DNA of 62,842 bases, filler included, from Theionarchaea archaeon (GTDB lineage: Archaea; Methanobacteriota_B; Thermococci; Methanofastidiosales; SZ-28-30), in the NCBI GenBank assembly GCA_018992565.1. It is 5 parts of 5 records of this genome, joined end to end, with 100 filler letters (N's around TTAATTAATTAA, not from the genome) between each part and the next. Parts side by side here need not be neighbours in the genome. Positions count along the whole stretch, not along the records: positions 1 to 15,004 come from JACVGW010000067.1; 4 more parts are not named here. One strand, given 5' to 3'. Made by a program: the position numbers and the translations under genes. The notes below the pieces were generated by a model. That model saw only the letters and a program-made list of their open reading frames with translations, was not told the DNA's origin and did no database searches. Shown here one piece after another: positions 1 to 10,437 of this stretch (position 1 is its first letter; each line of letters starts with the position of its first letter).

Positions 1-4
1 ATTA

Positions 5-78
5 AGCCCCGGGAGGGATTTGAACCCTCGACCAACTGATTACAAGTCAGTCGCTCTACCGAGCTGAGCCACCGAGGC
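5..78 (-). tRNA. tRNA-Thr(UGU)
   Basis: Reverse complement GCCTCGGTGGCTCAGCTCGGTAGAGCGACTGACT-TGT-AATCAGTTGGTCGAGGGTTCAAATCCCTCCCGGGGCT folds as a cloverleaf; anticodon TGT, T-loop GTTCAAAT, no intron, CCA not encoded. Confidence 0.96.
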
Positions 79-100
79 CTACTCCTTTCTCCCTGTCCAG

Positions 101-116
101 ATTTATAAACCTTTCT
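101..116 (-). promoter_or_regulatory. BRE/TATA promoter of tRNA-Thr
   Basis: AGAAAGGTTTATAAAT about 22 nt upstream of the tRNA 5' end. Confidence 0.7.
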
Positions 117-140
117 TTCTTGATCCAGTACCTCAACCCA

Positions 141-1430
141 TCAAAACTGCAGCACTTCCTGGTATCCCACGAGGTCAAGCAGCCCGTGACCTGAGATATT
201 GAATGCAATGACCTTTTCCTCGTTCTTCTTCTTGCACTCCAGAGCCTCATCAATTGCGCAACAGACACTATATGCCGATTCAGGTGCTGGCAGAAACCCT
301 TCTTTTTGAACAAACAACTGAGCCTTCTCGAAGACCATTTTCTCATCAGGTGGATACGCAATTGTGTCCAGCAATCCTTCATGTCTCAGCAAGCTCAATA
401 TGGGAGAACATCCGTGGTACCGCAGCCCATCTCCCTTAATAGGCACCATTTTCACCTGGTGACCCAGAGTGTACATCTTCAGCATGGGGGTCATTTCTGC
501 ATGATCTGCAAAGTCATACCTGTATTCCCCCTGCAAATTGGGCGAAGCCTGACTCTGGGCGGCAATAAACCTAATATCCTTTTTCTTGGTTAGCAAATCG
601 TGGTAAAATGGTATGGCGAATCCGCCGAAGTTTGATCCACCACCCAGGCATGAGATCACTACATCTGGATAATCATCGACTTTCTCAAATTGCTTCTGGG
701 TTTCCAATCCGATGATGGTCTGGTGCATCAACACATGGTTCAGCACAGAGCCCAGTGAATATGCCACTGTGTCAGAGGATGCTGCATCTTCTAGCCCCTC
801 AGATATAGCAATACCCAGGGATCCCACGTGCTCCGGGTCCTCCTTTAACAGCTTTTTTCCTACTTCAGTTTTATCACTGGGGGAAGCATGGACTTTTGCT
901 CCCAGCATTTTCATAAAACTCCGTCTCTCTTGTTTCCAGTTATACACAGCCCTCACCCAGTAAATAGTACATTCAAGCCCACAGAGACGAGACGCATACG
1001 CCAGTGCAGTTCCCCACTGTCCTGCACCCGTCTCTGTAGCTAACCGTTCCAGTCCCTCTTTCTTAGCGTAATAAGCCTGGGCCAGAGCAGTATTTACCTT
1101 GTGAGATCCTGTAGGGGAGTAGAACTCCGCCTTATAGTACATTCTGGCCGGAGTCTTCAAATATTCTTCTAGTCTCCGGGCCCTAAACAACTGCCTGGGC
1201 CTGCCCGCCTGTTCGTACAAGTTCAGAACACCTTCGGGGATATCCACCCATCTCTCCTGGGACATCTCCTGTTTCAAACATTCGCCTATCAACACCTTCT
1301 GCAGAAAATCCAATCTGGACTCCCCTTCCTCAGGATTCTTGGGAGGAGGCAATGGTGATGGTAAATCCGGAACGATATTATACCACTTCGTTGGCAGTTC
1401 ATCTGGAGAAAGAACAATTTCAGTATGCAT
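141..1430 (-). CDS. trpB2: TrpB2-type tryptophan synthase beta-like PLP enzyme
   Basis: PTKWYNI, TGSHKVNTA (PLP Lys), TETGAGQWG, GGGSNF, GLRYHG and PAPES motifs; no trpA adjacent. Confidence 0.92.
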   Translation of the reverse strand: MHTEIVLSPDELPTKWYNIVPDLPSPLPPPKNPEEGESRLDFLQKVLIGECLKQEMSQERWVDIPEGVLNLYEQAGRPRQLFRARRLEEYLKTPARMYYKAEFYSPTGSHKVNTALAQAYYAKKEGLERLATETGAGQWGTALAYASRLCGLECTIYWVRAVYNWKQERRSFMKMLGAKVHASPSDKTEVGKKLLKEDPEHVGSLGIAISEGLEDAASSDTVAYSLGSVLNHVLMHQTIIGLETQKQFEKVDDYPDVVISCLGGGSNFGGFAIPFYHDLLTKKKDIRFIAAQSQASPNLQGEYRYDFADHAEMTPMLKMYTLGHQVKMVPIKGDGLRYHGCSPILSLLRHEGLLDTIAYPPDEKMVFEKAQLFVQKEGFLPAPESAYSVCCAIDEALECKKKNEEKVIAFNISGHGLLDLVGYQEVLQF

Positions 1431-1526
1431 GCTGTCACTTCAGAAAGGAGTATAAAAGATTTGCGTTTCCACATAACAGGTACACCATCACAACGGCACT
1501 GAACCAGGTTCCACCCAGCAGTGTCA

Positions 1527-2366
1527 TCATTCAAATGCATTCACATCAAGTTCGCAGTAGGTAAAATTCCCATCTTTTTCTCGTTTGATAATCCCTCTCT
1601 TTTCCATTCTTATCAGTAATTTAGAGAGGCTTGTCTTGGGGATGCCGCATGCTCTAGAAATCTTTATCTGGCGTGATCTCCCCTTCTGGTGCAGATATTC
1701 AACAACTTGGAGCTCTCGTTCATTCAGAATAGAGAGAACTGCCTTATTCAGGGGAGCTGTTTTACGTCTCCTTCTTCCAAGACGTTTCCTGGTCGCAAAG
1801 AGTACAATTCCTGCTGCTACCACCACACCTAGAACTGCACCCCACGCCCAGGTTATAGTATTCGTATTGCTCAGAGACACTTCATAGTACACATACACAT
1901 CATCGGGCAATTCGTCCCAGAGAAGAGTGATCTTCCTGTCTTCTTCAGATATTTGAGGAAAGGGCGAATCCGTTATCATATACGAGATTACAGCGCCCTC
2001 TGGCATGAGTACTTCCACTTTTTCTTCCGTATGATGTAAGTATATCCACCATTCCACCCCCTCCTTATGGATTATGTCCCAGCTATAATATTCAGGGACG
2101 ACGTAAGCAGACTCCCCTTTCTGGAGAGATATATGCAAGGTAATCTGAGTTTCAGTTCCCAGAGCAGTGAATTCGCCCTGTACTGCCCTATCAGAATAGA
2201 CGTCCATATGTGTTATAGGAAAGGGTATCACATAAGAATACGTATCCATGTCCTCGTCTGCTGTGATCACCAGCTCATGGGTAATTACAGCATATCCAGT
2301 TCCAGATACATCCACCGTATACCCTGTGGTCTGGACCGCAAGGAGAAGAACCAGGAGGGTCCACAT
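1527..2366 (-). CDS. Membrane-anchored protein with C-terminal winged HTH (COG2512-like)
   Basis: Signal peptide, beta-rich ectodomain, TM helix (WAWGAVLGVVVAAGIVLF), then HTH 'LNERELQVVEYL...QIKISRACGIPKTSLSKLLIRMEKRGII'. Confidence 0.75.
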   Translation of the reverse strand: MWTLLVLLLAVQTTGYTVDVSGTGYAVITHELVITADEDMDTYSYVIPFPITHMDVYSDRAVQGEFTALGTETQITLHISLQKGESAYVVPEYYSWDIIHKEGVEWWIYLHHTEEKVEVLMPEGAVISYMITDSPFPQISEEDRKITLLWDELPDDVYVYYEVSLSNTNTITWAWGAVLGVVVAAGIVLFATRKRLGRRRRKTAPLNKAVLSILNERELQVVEYLHQKGRSRQIKISRACGIPKTSLSKLLIRMEKRGIIKREKDGNFTYCELDVNAFE

Positions 2367-2423
2367 ACAAGAGAATGTTACTCCCCCTTTTTAACTGTTC
2401 CCACCTGGGCTCACGCTGCTCCA

Positions 2424-3044
2424 TTAGGCTTTCGGCAGAAACATGCCAACCTCTTTCTGGTAGGCTCTGTATTCTTCCCCAAATTTCTGTATAAGTATCG
2501 TCTCTTCCGCTGCAGCAATACCATAGTAACCAGGAATCCCCACAAGCAGCGCCAGCAACGGCACGTTGAGCAGTGCCAAGGGCAGCCCCACAAAAAACAG
2601 ACAGTACGACATATAGAGAGGGTGCCTCATTACCCCATAGGCTCCATGAGTCGCCAGAGTGTAGTCCTCAGGCATGGGGCCTGAAGGTGCAATGACTCCC
2701 CTGGAAACGCGTCCCCAGTCGGCCAGTAGAACACCTCCCAGCATCACCAGCAGACCTGCCACCTGAATCATTTCTTCATGGGGATTTCTGACCAGCAGCG
2801 AAGCACATCCCTGGTAGTACCACCCCCGGTAGAAAAGGAGTGGACTGGTGAAAAACACTGCCCAGAAAGCAAGAGACGGTGGGAAAGCCAGAATCTTGGC
2901 CCACCCGGGGATGGGAAACTCGCTACCGCGAGAACCAGAGTCCTTCCTGGATCGAACCATTCTCATATCCATATACACGTGTACTGAGAAAAACAGCACT
3001 AGAAGAACGGTTAGCACACCGGCCATGGTACTGTGATCAATCAT
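2424..3044 (-). CDS. Isoprenylcysteine carboxyl methyltransferase/PEMT-family membrane protein
   Basis: Several TM helices; GAYGVMRHPLY and EETILIQKFGEEYRAYQKEV motifs. Confidence 0.85.
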   Translation of the reverse strand: MIDHSTMAGVLTVLLVLFFSVHVYMDMRMVRSRKDSGSRGSEFPIPGWAKILAFPPSLAFWAVFFTSPLLFYRGWYYQGCASLLVRNPHEEMIQVAGLLVMLGGVLLADWGRVSRGVIAPSGPMPEDYTLATHGAYGVMRHPLYMSYCLFFVGLPLALLNVPLLALLVGIPGYYGIAAAEETILIQKFGEEYRAYQKEVGMFLPKA

Positions 3045-3150
3045 AGAGGCACATTCCGCTCACAATAAAAAAGGTTTTCTCATCTCAGTTCCTGTCCATC
3101 ATCCAAAAAACTTTTATATTCTAAGATAATAAGATGGAAAGGTGTGTCAA

Positions 3151-5094
3151 ATGAAAAAAGCTTTGTGGTACCCTTCTGAAGAACGCAAAAGAAATGCGAA
3201 TATGACACAGTATATGAATTCCCTGAAAGAACTCTATGGACTGACCTTCCGGGATTACCATGAACTGTACCAGTGGTCTGTTGAAAATAGGGGAGGTTTC
3301 TGGTCCTCACTGTGGCATTTTCTTGATGTCATCGCTTCACAACCATACAACACGGTACTTGAGAATCCTGATGACATGATGACGTCCACCTGGTTTACGG
3401 GTGCCCGATTGAATTATGCTGAGAATCTTCTGAGACACACTGATGAGAAGACTGCCCTGATCTTCAAGGGTGAATCCCAGGAGCTGGTGCACCTCACGTA
3501 TAGAGAGCTCTTCAGAAAGGTGGCCTCAGTGGCTGCCTCTTTGAAAGAGTGCGGGGTTGCTGCAGGAGACAGAATAGTGGGGTTTATGCCCAATATGATG
3601 GAAACAGTGGTTGCCATGCTGGCCACTGCCAGTGTAGGAGGGATATGGTCGTCTTGTTCCCCAGACTTCGGAATCAAAGGAGTTCTGGATCGATTTGGAC
3701 AGATAGAACCCAAGATACTGTTTACAGCGGACGGGTACAGTTACAAGGGGAAGAGAATTGATTCTCTTGAGAGAATCTCGGGCATCCTGGAGAAGATCCC
3801 TTCCATTGAGAAAGTAGTGGTTGTGCCGTACACAGAAGAACCTCATCTTACTCTCGCCAAGGCAGTCCACTATGAGGATTTTCAGACTGCTGCGTCACGT
3901 ATTCGCTTTGAACAAGTTGCCTTTGATCATCCTCTCTACATACTGTATACGTCAGGAACAACAGGTGCTCCCAAGTGCATGGTTCACGGAGGGGGGGGAA
4001 CGTTGCTACAGCATTTGAAAGAACTTGTACTACACACCAATTTGAAGAGAGATGACACAATTTTCTACTTCACTACCTGCGGATGGATGATGTGGAACTG
4101 GCTGGTGAGCTCTCTGGCAGTAGGGAGTACCCTGGTTTTATATGACGGAAATCCCTTTTACCCTGATGAGGGGACACTATTCCAGCTGGCAGAAGATACC
4201 TCTATGAGCGTATTCGGGACCAGCGCGAAGTACATTGCTGAAGTAGAGAAAGCGGGATTGAATCCCCAGAAAGAGTATGATCTGAATGCCCTGCAGACCA
4301 TCCTGTCCACGGGTTCTCCTTTGTCTGTGGAGAGTTTTGAGTACGTGTACCGGAAGATAAAGGAGGATATACAATTATCCTCGATATCTGGCGGATCAGA
4401 TATTATTTCCTGCTTTGCTCTGGGATGCCCTCTCCTTCCCGTGTATCCAGGTGAACTGCAGTGCAGAGGATTGGGGATGAAGGTAGAGGTCTTTGATGAG
4501 AGCCAGAGAAGTGTGGTCAACGAGAAAGGGGACCTAGTTTGCACCGCATCATTTCCTTCTCAACCTGTCTCTTTCTGGAATGATCCTCATGGGGAGAGGT
4601 ATAGAAATGCATATTTTGATGTTGTAGATAATGTGTGGGTGCATGGTGATTTTGCAGAAATCACTGGGGACGGCGGAGTCATCATTTACGGGAGATCAGA
4701 TGCTACTCTGAACCCTGGCGGCGTGCGGATTGGGACAGCTGAAATCTACAGAGAAGTGGATGCGTTTCCAGAGGTTGTAGACAGCATTGTAGTGGGCCAG
4801 CCCTGGCAGAATGATGTCCGCGTCATACTATTTGTGAAGTTGCGGGAAGGTATAACCCTGACTGATGCTCTCAAGAGCAAAATGAGAAAAACAATCAGGG
4901 AGAACTGCTCTCCACGTCATGTTCCCAGCAAGATTGTCGGAGTAGAAGACATACCATATACCATTAGCGGGAAAAAGGTGGAAGTTGCTGTGAGAAAGGT
5001 CATTGAGGGACGTCCTGTGTACAACAGAGATGCTCTCAGTAACCCTGAAGCTCTTGATCTGTACAAGAACATACCTGAGCTTTCAACAGAATGA
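3151..5094 (+). CDS. Acetoacetyl-CoA synthetase (acetoacetate-CoA ligase)
   Basis: [38 protein letters not shown] and [20 protein letters not shown] signatures; ATG at 3151 preferred. Confidence 0.92.
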   Translation: MKKALWYPSEERKRNANMTQYMNSLKELYGLTFRDYHELYQWSVENRGGFWSSLWHFLDVIASQPYNTVLENPDDMMTSTWFTGARLNYAENLLRHTDEKTALIFKGESQELVHLTYRELFRKVASVAASLKECGVAAGDRIVGFMPNMMETVVAMLATASVGGIWSSCSPDFGIKGVLDRFGQIEPKILFTADGYSYKGKRIDSLERISGILEKIPSIEKVVVVPYTEEPHLTLAKAVHYEDFQTAASRIRFEQVAFDHPLYILYTSGTTGAPKCMVHGGGGTLLQHLKELVLHTNLKRDDTIFYFTTCGWMMWNWLVSSLAVGSTLVLYDGNPFYPDEGTLFQLAEDTSMSVFGTSAKYIAEVEKAGLNPQKEYDLNALQTILSTGSPLSVESFEYVYRKIKEDIQLSSISGGSDIISCFALGCPLLPVYPGELQCRGLGMKVEVFDESQRSVVNEKGDLVCTASFPSQPVSFWNDPHGERYRNAYFDVVDNVWVHGDFAEITGDGGVIIYGRSDATLNPGGVRIGTAEIYREVDAFPEVVDSIVVGQPWQNDVRVILFVKLREGITLTDALKSKMRKTIRENCSPRHVPSKIVGVEDIPYTISGKKVEVAVRKVIEGRPVYNRDALSNPEALDLYKNIPELSTE

Positions 5095-5151
5095 TATCCC
5101 ATGAACATGTGCAAACCAAATGTATAAGTGCCCTGAAAAGAAGGTGCAACC

Positions 5152-7371
5152 ATGATCTATGATTGTGATTACATTGGCCGAGACCATGCCATTATTCGTT
5201 TGTTCTGTAAGAACGGTGAAAAGCATGTAGACTATGATGAAAATTTCCTGCCCTATATCTACGGGATTGGCTGCACCTGTCAGGACATATCCCGGGTACA
5301 GGGTATCAAAGAATGTGAGCCTGTTTCCAGAACCTTTAAAGGTGAAAATGTAGATGCCGTGAAAATTCTCTTCCACTTTCCCAAAGATGTCCCCTTGTAC
5401 AGGGAAGAATTGCGCTCATATGGCAAGATCTATGAGCACGACATCCCTTTTGCTCGAAGATATCTCATTGACAATGATATCTACCCCATGAGTGACGGCC
5501 ATGATCTGAAGGTTCTGGCCTTTGACATTGAAACATACACAGAAACATATCCTGATTCCAGAAAAGATCCCATCATAATGATTTCGCTTGCCACCAGTGA
5601 GAAGAGTGCTGTTATCACCTACAAGCATGTTGAAAAAGAGTATGTTGAGGTTGTGGAGAATGAAGTCCAGATGCTTACTCGGTTTTTTGAATTGATCAAG
5701 GAAATCGATCCTGAAGTCCTGGTAACGTATAACGGGGACAACTTCGATCTTCCCTACATTCTTGAAAGGGTGCGGGTTCTCAAGGTTGAATGCCCCCTGG
5801 AATTCAGGATCTTGGGCAGGGGGGCTACCACCAAGGTGCGCGTCCCTGGGTTCTGTCACATTGATCTCTTTCCCATATCCAAACGATTGTTGAATCTCAC
5901 CAGTTATACGCTGGAGGCTGTCTATCAAGAAATAACAGGGAAATGCAAATCCAAGATTAGAGGCGACCTCATTTCCACATACTGGGACAGGGGAGGTGAA
6001 CCACTGGAACAGCTGGCAGACTATGCCAGAGAAGATGCAGAAGCTGCTCTGGCCATTGGGGAAAAGTTTCTCCCCCTGCAGTATGCACTGTCCCGGATTG
6101 TCGGGCAGACACCTTTTGACATTTCCAGAGCTTCAAGTTCTGCCATGGTGGACTGGCTGCTCCTCAGAGAAGCGCATAAGAGGGGGGAGGTCGCACCAAA
6201 CCAACCTCACGGCGGAGAATATGAGAAAAGAGCCTCTCAGAGCTATGAAGGTGCTTACGTTCTGGAACCTGAAAAAGGCCTGCATGAAAACCTGGTCCAA
6301 CTGGACTTCAGGTCCCTGTATCCTTCTATCATCATAACACACAATATAGATCCATTGACCCTTGGATGTGAGTGCTGCGAGAATAATACCTCTCCTGCAG
6401 GGTACACCTTCTGCCTCAACAAGAAAGGGTTCATCCCTGAGATACTGAAGACACTTCTCAGTGAGAGGGCGAAAGTCAAACAGCAAATGAAAAAGTCAGA
6501 TGACAGAATGCTTGAATTTCAGCAATGGGCTCTCAAGATACTTGCCAATTCTTTCTATGGGTATATGGGTTACCCGAGAGCACGCTGGTATTCACTGGAA
6601 TGTGCAGAATCCACCACTGCCTGGGGGAGAATGTACTTGAAGCAGATTATTGACATGGCAAGAAAAGAAGACCTGAAGGTCATCTATGGGGACACTGACT
6701 CTGTTTTCATAAAAATGAAAGACTCTAATGTTGAAAGGGCACTGAGGTTCCTGGAAACCGTCAACACGTCTCTCCCTGAATCCATGGAACTGGAATTTGA
6801 GGGATTCTATCCCCGTGGGCTCTTTGTAACCAAGAAGAAGTATGCACTCCTTGATGATAAAGGTACGTTCATCACCAAAGGACTGGAGATCGTCAGGAGA
6901 GACTGGGCAGACATCGCCAAGAAAACCCAGCAGGAAGTCCTTGAGATCATATTGCGGGAAGGTAGCCCTCAGAAAGCGGCACAGGTTGTAGAGGAGGTCA
7001 CTTGCAAGTTGAAACAGCGTCAGGTGAACCTGGAAGACCTGGTACTATACACTCGACTGACAATGCCTTTGTCCCAGTACAAGCAGATTGGCCCACATGT
7101 ACAGATTGCCCAGAAAATGAAGCAGCGGGGAGAAGATGTGGGGGTTGGTTCTACCATTGCGTATATCGTCAAAGAGGGAAGGGGACTCATTAGAGATCGG
7201 GTTGTACCGTACCAAGAAGGGGAACCCCTGAACGTGCAGTACGATGCTGATTACTACATTGAGAACCAGGTGATTCCTGCAGTCATGCGGATCATGACAG
7301 CCTTTGGGTTCAAGAAAGAGGATTTGATCTATCAGAGAACAGAGCAGATGTCGCTAGAGAAATGGTTCTAG
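5152..7371 (+). CDS. polB: Family B DNA polymerase (PolB3 type), no intein
   Basis: Exonuclease motifs FDIET, YNGDNFD, YAREDA; polymerase motifs DFRSLYPS, KILANSFYGY, YGDTDS; C-terminal PIP box QMSLEKWF. Confidence 0.96.
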   Translation: MIYDCDYIGRDHAIIRLFCKNGEKHVDYDENFLPYIYGIGCTCQDISRVQGIKECEPVSRTFKGENVDAVKILFHFPKDVPLYREELRSYGKIYEHDIPFARRYLIDNDIYPMSDGHDLKVLAFDIETYTETYPDSRKDPIIMISLATSEKSAVITYKHVEKEYVEVVENEVQMLTRFFELIKEIDPEVLVTYNGDNFDLPYILERVRVLKVECPLEFRILGRGATTKVRVPGFCHIDLFPISKRLLNLTSYTLEAVYQEITGKCKSKIRGDLISTYWDRGGEPLEQLADYAREDAEAALAIGEKFLPLQYALSRIVGQTPFDISRASSSAMVDWLLLREAHKRGEVAPNQPHGGEYEKRASQSYEGAYVLEPEKGLHENLVQLDFRSLYPSIIITHNIDPLTLGCECCENNTSPAGYTFCLNKKGFIPEILKTLLSERAKVKQQMKKSDDRMLEFQQWALKILANSFYGYMGYPRARWYSLECAESTTAWGRMYLKQIIDMARKEDLKVIYGDTDSVFIKMKDSNVERALRFLETVNTSLPESMELEFEGFYPRGLFVTKKKYALLDDKGTFITKGLEIVRRDWADIAKKTQQEVLEIILREGSPQKAAQVVEEVTCKLKQRQVNLEDLVLYTRLTMPLSQYKQIGPHVQIAQKMKQRGEDVGVGSTIAYIVKEGRGLIRDRVVPYQEGEPLNVQYDADYYIENQVIPAVMRIMTAFGFKKEDLIYQRTEQMSLEKWF

Positions 7372-7596
7372 TTCTGAATTTCCTTTGCGTATGGCCCTGG
7401 TCGCGCAGGAGATCAATTTTCCTCACGATGATTCCAAGACTGCGATCCTTTCGACATGCAATGTATTTTCTAATCTTATAATACTGTATTCATTTTTCGA
7501 CAATTGTTGATACAGAAAGAGGCGAACACCGAAAGAAATATATAGGTATACGCATAGTTGAGGCAATTGATTATAAATGTTTGCCAAGGCGGTGTC

Positions 7597-8376
7597 ATGT
7601 ACGATTATACAACACTTGATGTGAAATCCAAACACGGGGTTCTGCATGTCGTGCTGAACAGACCTGATGTTTATAATGCATTTAATGAGCAGGTAATTGA
7701 GGAGCTCACTGAATGCTTCACGAGAATACCACAGAACGAGAGTCATTGTGTGGTGTTAACGGGGAATGGACGCCATTTCTGCGCTGGTGCAGATCTGGGC
7801 TGGATGCAAAAAGTTGCATCATATACCAAAGAGGAGAATAGTGAAGACTCCAGAAAGATGGCTCTCATGTTTGAGACTATTGACAGGTGCCCCAAACCGG
7901 TGATAGGGCGCGTCAATGGTTCTGCATTTGGTGGAGGGGTGGGATTGACAGCAGTATGTGATTATGTAGTATGCAGTGAGAAGGCACACTTCGCATTTAG
8001 TGAGATCAACCTGGGCATTGTGCCCGCCGTGATCAGCACATACGTTCTTCCCAAGATTGGGATTTCTCGTGGGAGAGCATTGTTCTTGAGTGGAGAGCGG
8101 TTCACTGCCCATGATGCTGTGGCCATGGGGCTGGTTCATACAGTGTGCCCTGCTGAAGAACTGGACAGAGTCTGTGAAGAGAAAGTGGAGATACTGCGGT
8201 CAAGTGGTCCCAGAGCCATGGCTGCTGTCAAGGAAATGATGAGGAAGTGGTCGGCTCTGCCCAGGGAAGAATATGCACGATATACTACTGAACTGATTGC
8301 CAGTCTGCGCGCTTCTGAAGAAGGGAAGGAAGGAATTTCAGCTTTCCTGGAAAAAAGAAGACCTGTATGGAGGTGA
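7597..8376 (+). CDS. Enoyl-CoA hydratase, probably methylglutaconyl-CoA hydratase
   Basis: LNRPDVYNAFN, FCAGADLGWM, GGGVGL, SEINLGIVPAVI; first gene of a carboxylase operon. Confidence 0.85.
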   Translation: MYDYTTLDVKSKHGVLHVVLNRPDVYNAFNEQVIEELTECFTRIPQNESHCVVLTGNGRHFCAGADLGWMQKVASYTKEENSEDSRKMALMFETIDRCPKPVIGRVNGSAFGGGVGLTAVCDYVVCSEKAHFAFSEINLGIVPAVISTYVLPKIGISRGRALFLSGERFTAHDAVAMGLVHTVCPAEELDRVCEEKVEILRSSGPRAMAAVKEMMRKWSALPREEYARYTTELIASLRASEEGKEGISAFLEKRRPVWR

Positions 8377-8380
8377 TCAA

Positions 8381-9883
8381 ATTCTGGAAAAAGTTTTAAT
8401 AGCCAACAGGGGGGAAATTGCAGTTCGTATCTTGACTGCTTGTCAGGAACTGGGAATTAAGACGGTGGCAATCTACTCTGATGTGGATGCGAATTCACCC
8501 CATGTTCGCATGGCAGATGAAGCATATTGCCTGGGTGACCCTGAGCCGCGTTCCAGTTACCTGAATGTGGAGAAGATCATAGCCGCTGCCAGAGAGATGG
8601 GAGCGGATGCTATTCACCCGGGATATGGATTCCTGGCTGAAAACCCTGAGTTCGCACAGCGGTGTGAAAGAGAAGGTATTGTCTTTGTTGGTCCCAGAAG
8701 TGAAGTCATTCGACTGATGGGCCACAAAGTGGAGGCAAAGAGCACCATCAAGAAGGCAGGAGTCCCCGTGATTCCTGGATATCATGGGGGCGATCAGGAG
8801 ATTGAAGCCCTGGCTGAGGAAGGATTGAAGATTGGATTTCCCCTGCTGATCAAGGCAGCCTCGGGCGGTGGCGGCAAAGGAATGCGCATTGTACGAAAGG
8901 AGGAAGAATTGCGCGAATTTATTGAAAGCTGCAAGCGTGAATCTCTGAAAGCCTTCGGAGACGAGACAGTCTTCCTGGAAAAATATCTGGATAGGCCTCG
9001 TCACATTGAGTTCCAGGTTCTGGGAGACCATCACGATCATATGATTCATCTATTTGAGAGAGAATGCTCCATCCAGAGGCGGCATCAGAAGATCATTGAG
9101 GAAACTCCTTCTCCAGCCATGGATCCTTCTCTCCGGGAGACAATGGGGAAAGCTGCTACCAGAGCAGCGGAGGCCGTGGGATATACGAACGCGGGGACTG
9201 TGGAATTCATGGTTGATGCTGAGAAGAACTTCTACTTCTTGGAGATGAACACCCGGCTGCAGGTAGAACATCCTGTAACTGAATATGTCACCGGTGTGGA
9301 CCTGGTGAAGTGGCAGTTACGAATAGCGTCGGGACAGCCCCTGACCCTCAACCAGGCAACTCTCGCCCAGCGAGGACATGCTTTAGAATGCAGAATCTAC
9401 GCAGAAGACCCCCACAATGAATTCCTTCCATCCACAGGGATTATCCACTACATGGAGCTTCCGGAGGGAATTAACATACGGAATGATTCAGGCATCGAGC
9501 CTAATGTGAAAGTGACCTCCTACTATGACCCCCTTCTGGCCAAACTGACTGTCTATGCCGAAACACGCAATGAAGCAATTGAGAAGATGATGGTTGCCCT
9601 TTCTAACTATGTTGTTCTGGGGGTGACTACCAATGTCAGCTTTCTCAGAAGAATTTTGGCTCATCCTGACTTCAGGGAAGGAAACATTACCACTCATTTT
9701 ATAGACGATCATAAAGAAATATTCGAAGAAACTGAAATCCCTGATGAAGCTCTTATTTCTGCTGCAATGGCGGAAAAACTTCGAATCTCCTCTCAAGCTG
9801 TGGGAGAGGGAGCCACGTCCATATCAGTGGCAGGTGATCCCTACTCCCCCTGGAAGAGCAAAAGCAGCTGGAGCAATGTGTGA
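8381..9883 (+). CDS. Biotin carboxylase subunit (methylcrotonyl-CoA carboxylase alpha-like); probable ATT start
   Basis: KVLIANRGEIA, HPGYGFLAEN, GGGGKGMR, ERECSIQRRHQK, EMNTRLQVEH; GGAGGTGA RBS 4 nt before ATT at 8381. Confidence 0.92.
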   Translation: MLEKVLIANRGEIAVRILTACQELGIKTVAIYSDVDANSPHVRMADEAYCLGDPEPRSSYLNVEKIIAAAREMGADAIHPGYGFLAENPEFAQRCEREGIVFVGPRSEVIRLMGHKVEAKSTIKKAGVPVIPGYHGGDQEIEALAEEGLKIGFPLLIKAASGGGGKGMRIVRKEEELREFIESCKRESLKAFGDETVFLEKYLDRPRHIEFQVLGDHHDHMIHLFERECSIQRRHQKIIEETPSPAMDPSLRETMGKAATRAAEAVGYTNAGTVEFMVDAEKNFYFLEMNTRLQVEHPVTEYVTGVDLVKWQLRIASGQPLTLNQATLAQRGHALECRIYAEDPHNEFLPSTGIIHYMELPEGINIRNDSGIEPNVKVTSYYDPLLAKLTVYAETRNEAIEKMMVALSNYVVLGVTTNVSFLRRILAHPDFREGNITTHFIDDHKEIFEETEIPDEALISAAMAEKLRISSQAVGEGATSISVAGDPYSPWKSKSSWSNV

Positions 9884-9893
9884 GGTGGTATTG

Positions 9894-10403
9894 ATGGAAA
9901 TGTACTATGAACACAAGAACACGGTTTACAAAGTAGAAGTGGAGCAGCGCTCGGACGCCTGGGAAATCCGAATTGGAGAACAGGTGTACAACGTTTCCGC
10001 ATCCCGATTAGGAGAAGCCCATCTGCAGGTATCCGTGGGAACCACATGTTTCCAGCCACGGGTCTTCTGCAATGGGCAGAAACAGTTCGTGTTCTGCAAC
10101 GGAGAAACCTACTGCCTGAAGAGAGCTGTCCGGAGTTCACACGTCCAGGATCATGTAGAAGGAGAGATTATCTCTCCTATTGGGGGCAAGATAGTCAAAG
10201 TATTTGCCTCTGAAGGTGATATTGTGGAGAAGGGGGAAAACCTGGTCATTATTGAATCAATGAAAATGGAGCACAGAGTGAAAGCCCCCATGAAAGGAAC
10301 GGTGATGAGGCTCCGATACGGAGAAGGGGCCATTGTAGACACAGGCGAGGTTCTGGTGGATATGGAACCAGATAGATCCGCCACTGGGCAGGCAGAATGG
10401 TGA
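9894..10403 (+). CDS. Biotin carboxyl carrier protein
   Basis: ESMKME biotinylation motif; GAGGTGG RBS. Confidence 0.88.
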   Translation: MEMYYEHKNTVYKVEVEQRSDAWEIRIGEQVYNVSASRLGEAHLQVSVGTTCFQPRVFCNGQKQFVFCNGETYCLKRAVRSSHVQDHVEGEIISPIGGKIVKVFASEGDIVEKGENLVIIESMKMEHRVKAPMKGTVMRLRYGEGAIVDTGEVLVDMEPDRSATGQAEW

Positions 10404-10437
10404 CACCTGCACATGAAAATGAAGAAATGGTGATTAT

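Noticed and set aside
5152..7371. Intein or inactivated/mobile PolB
   Set aside because: Normal length with all catalytic motifs contiguous and intact
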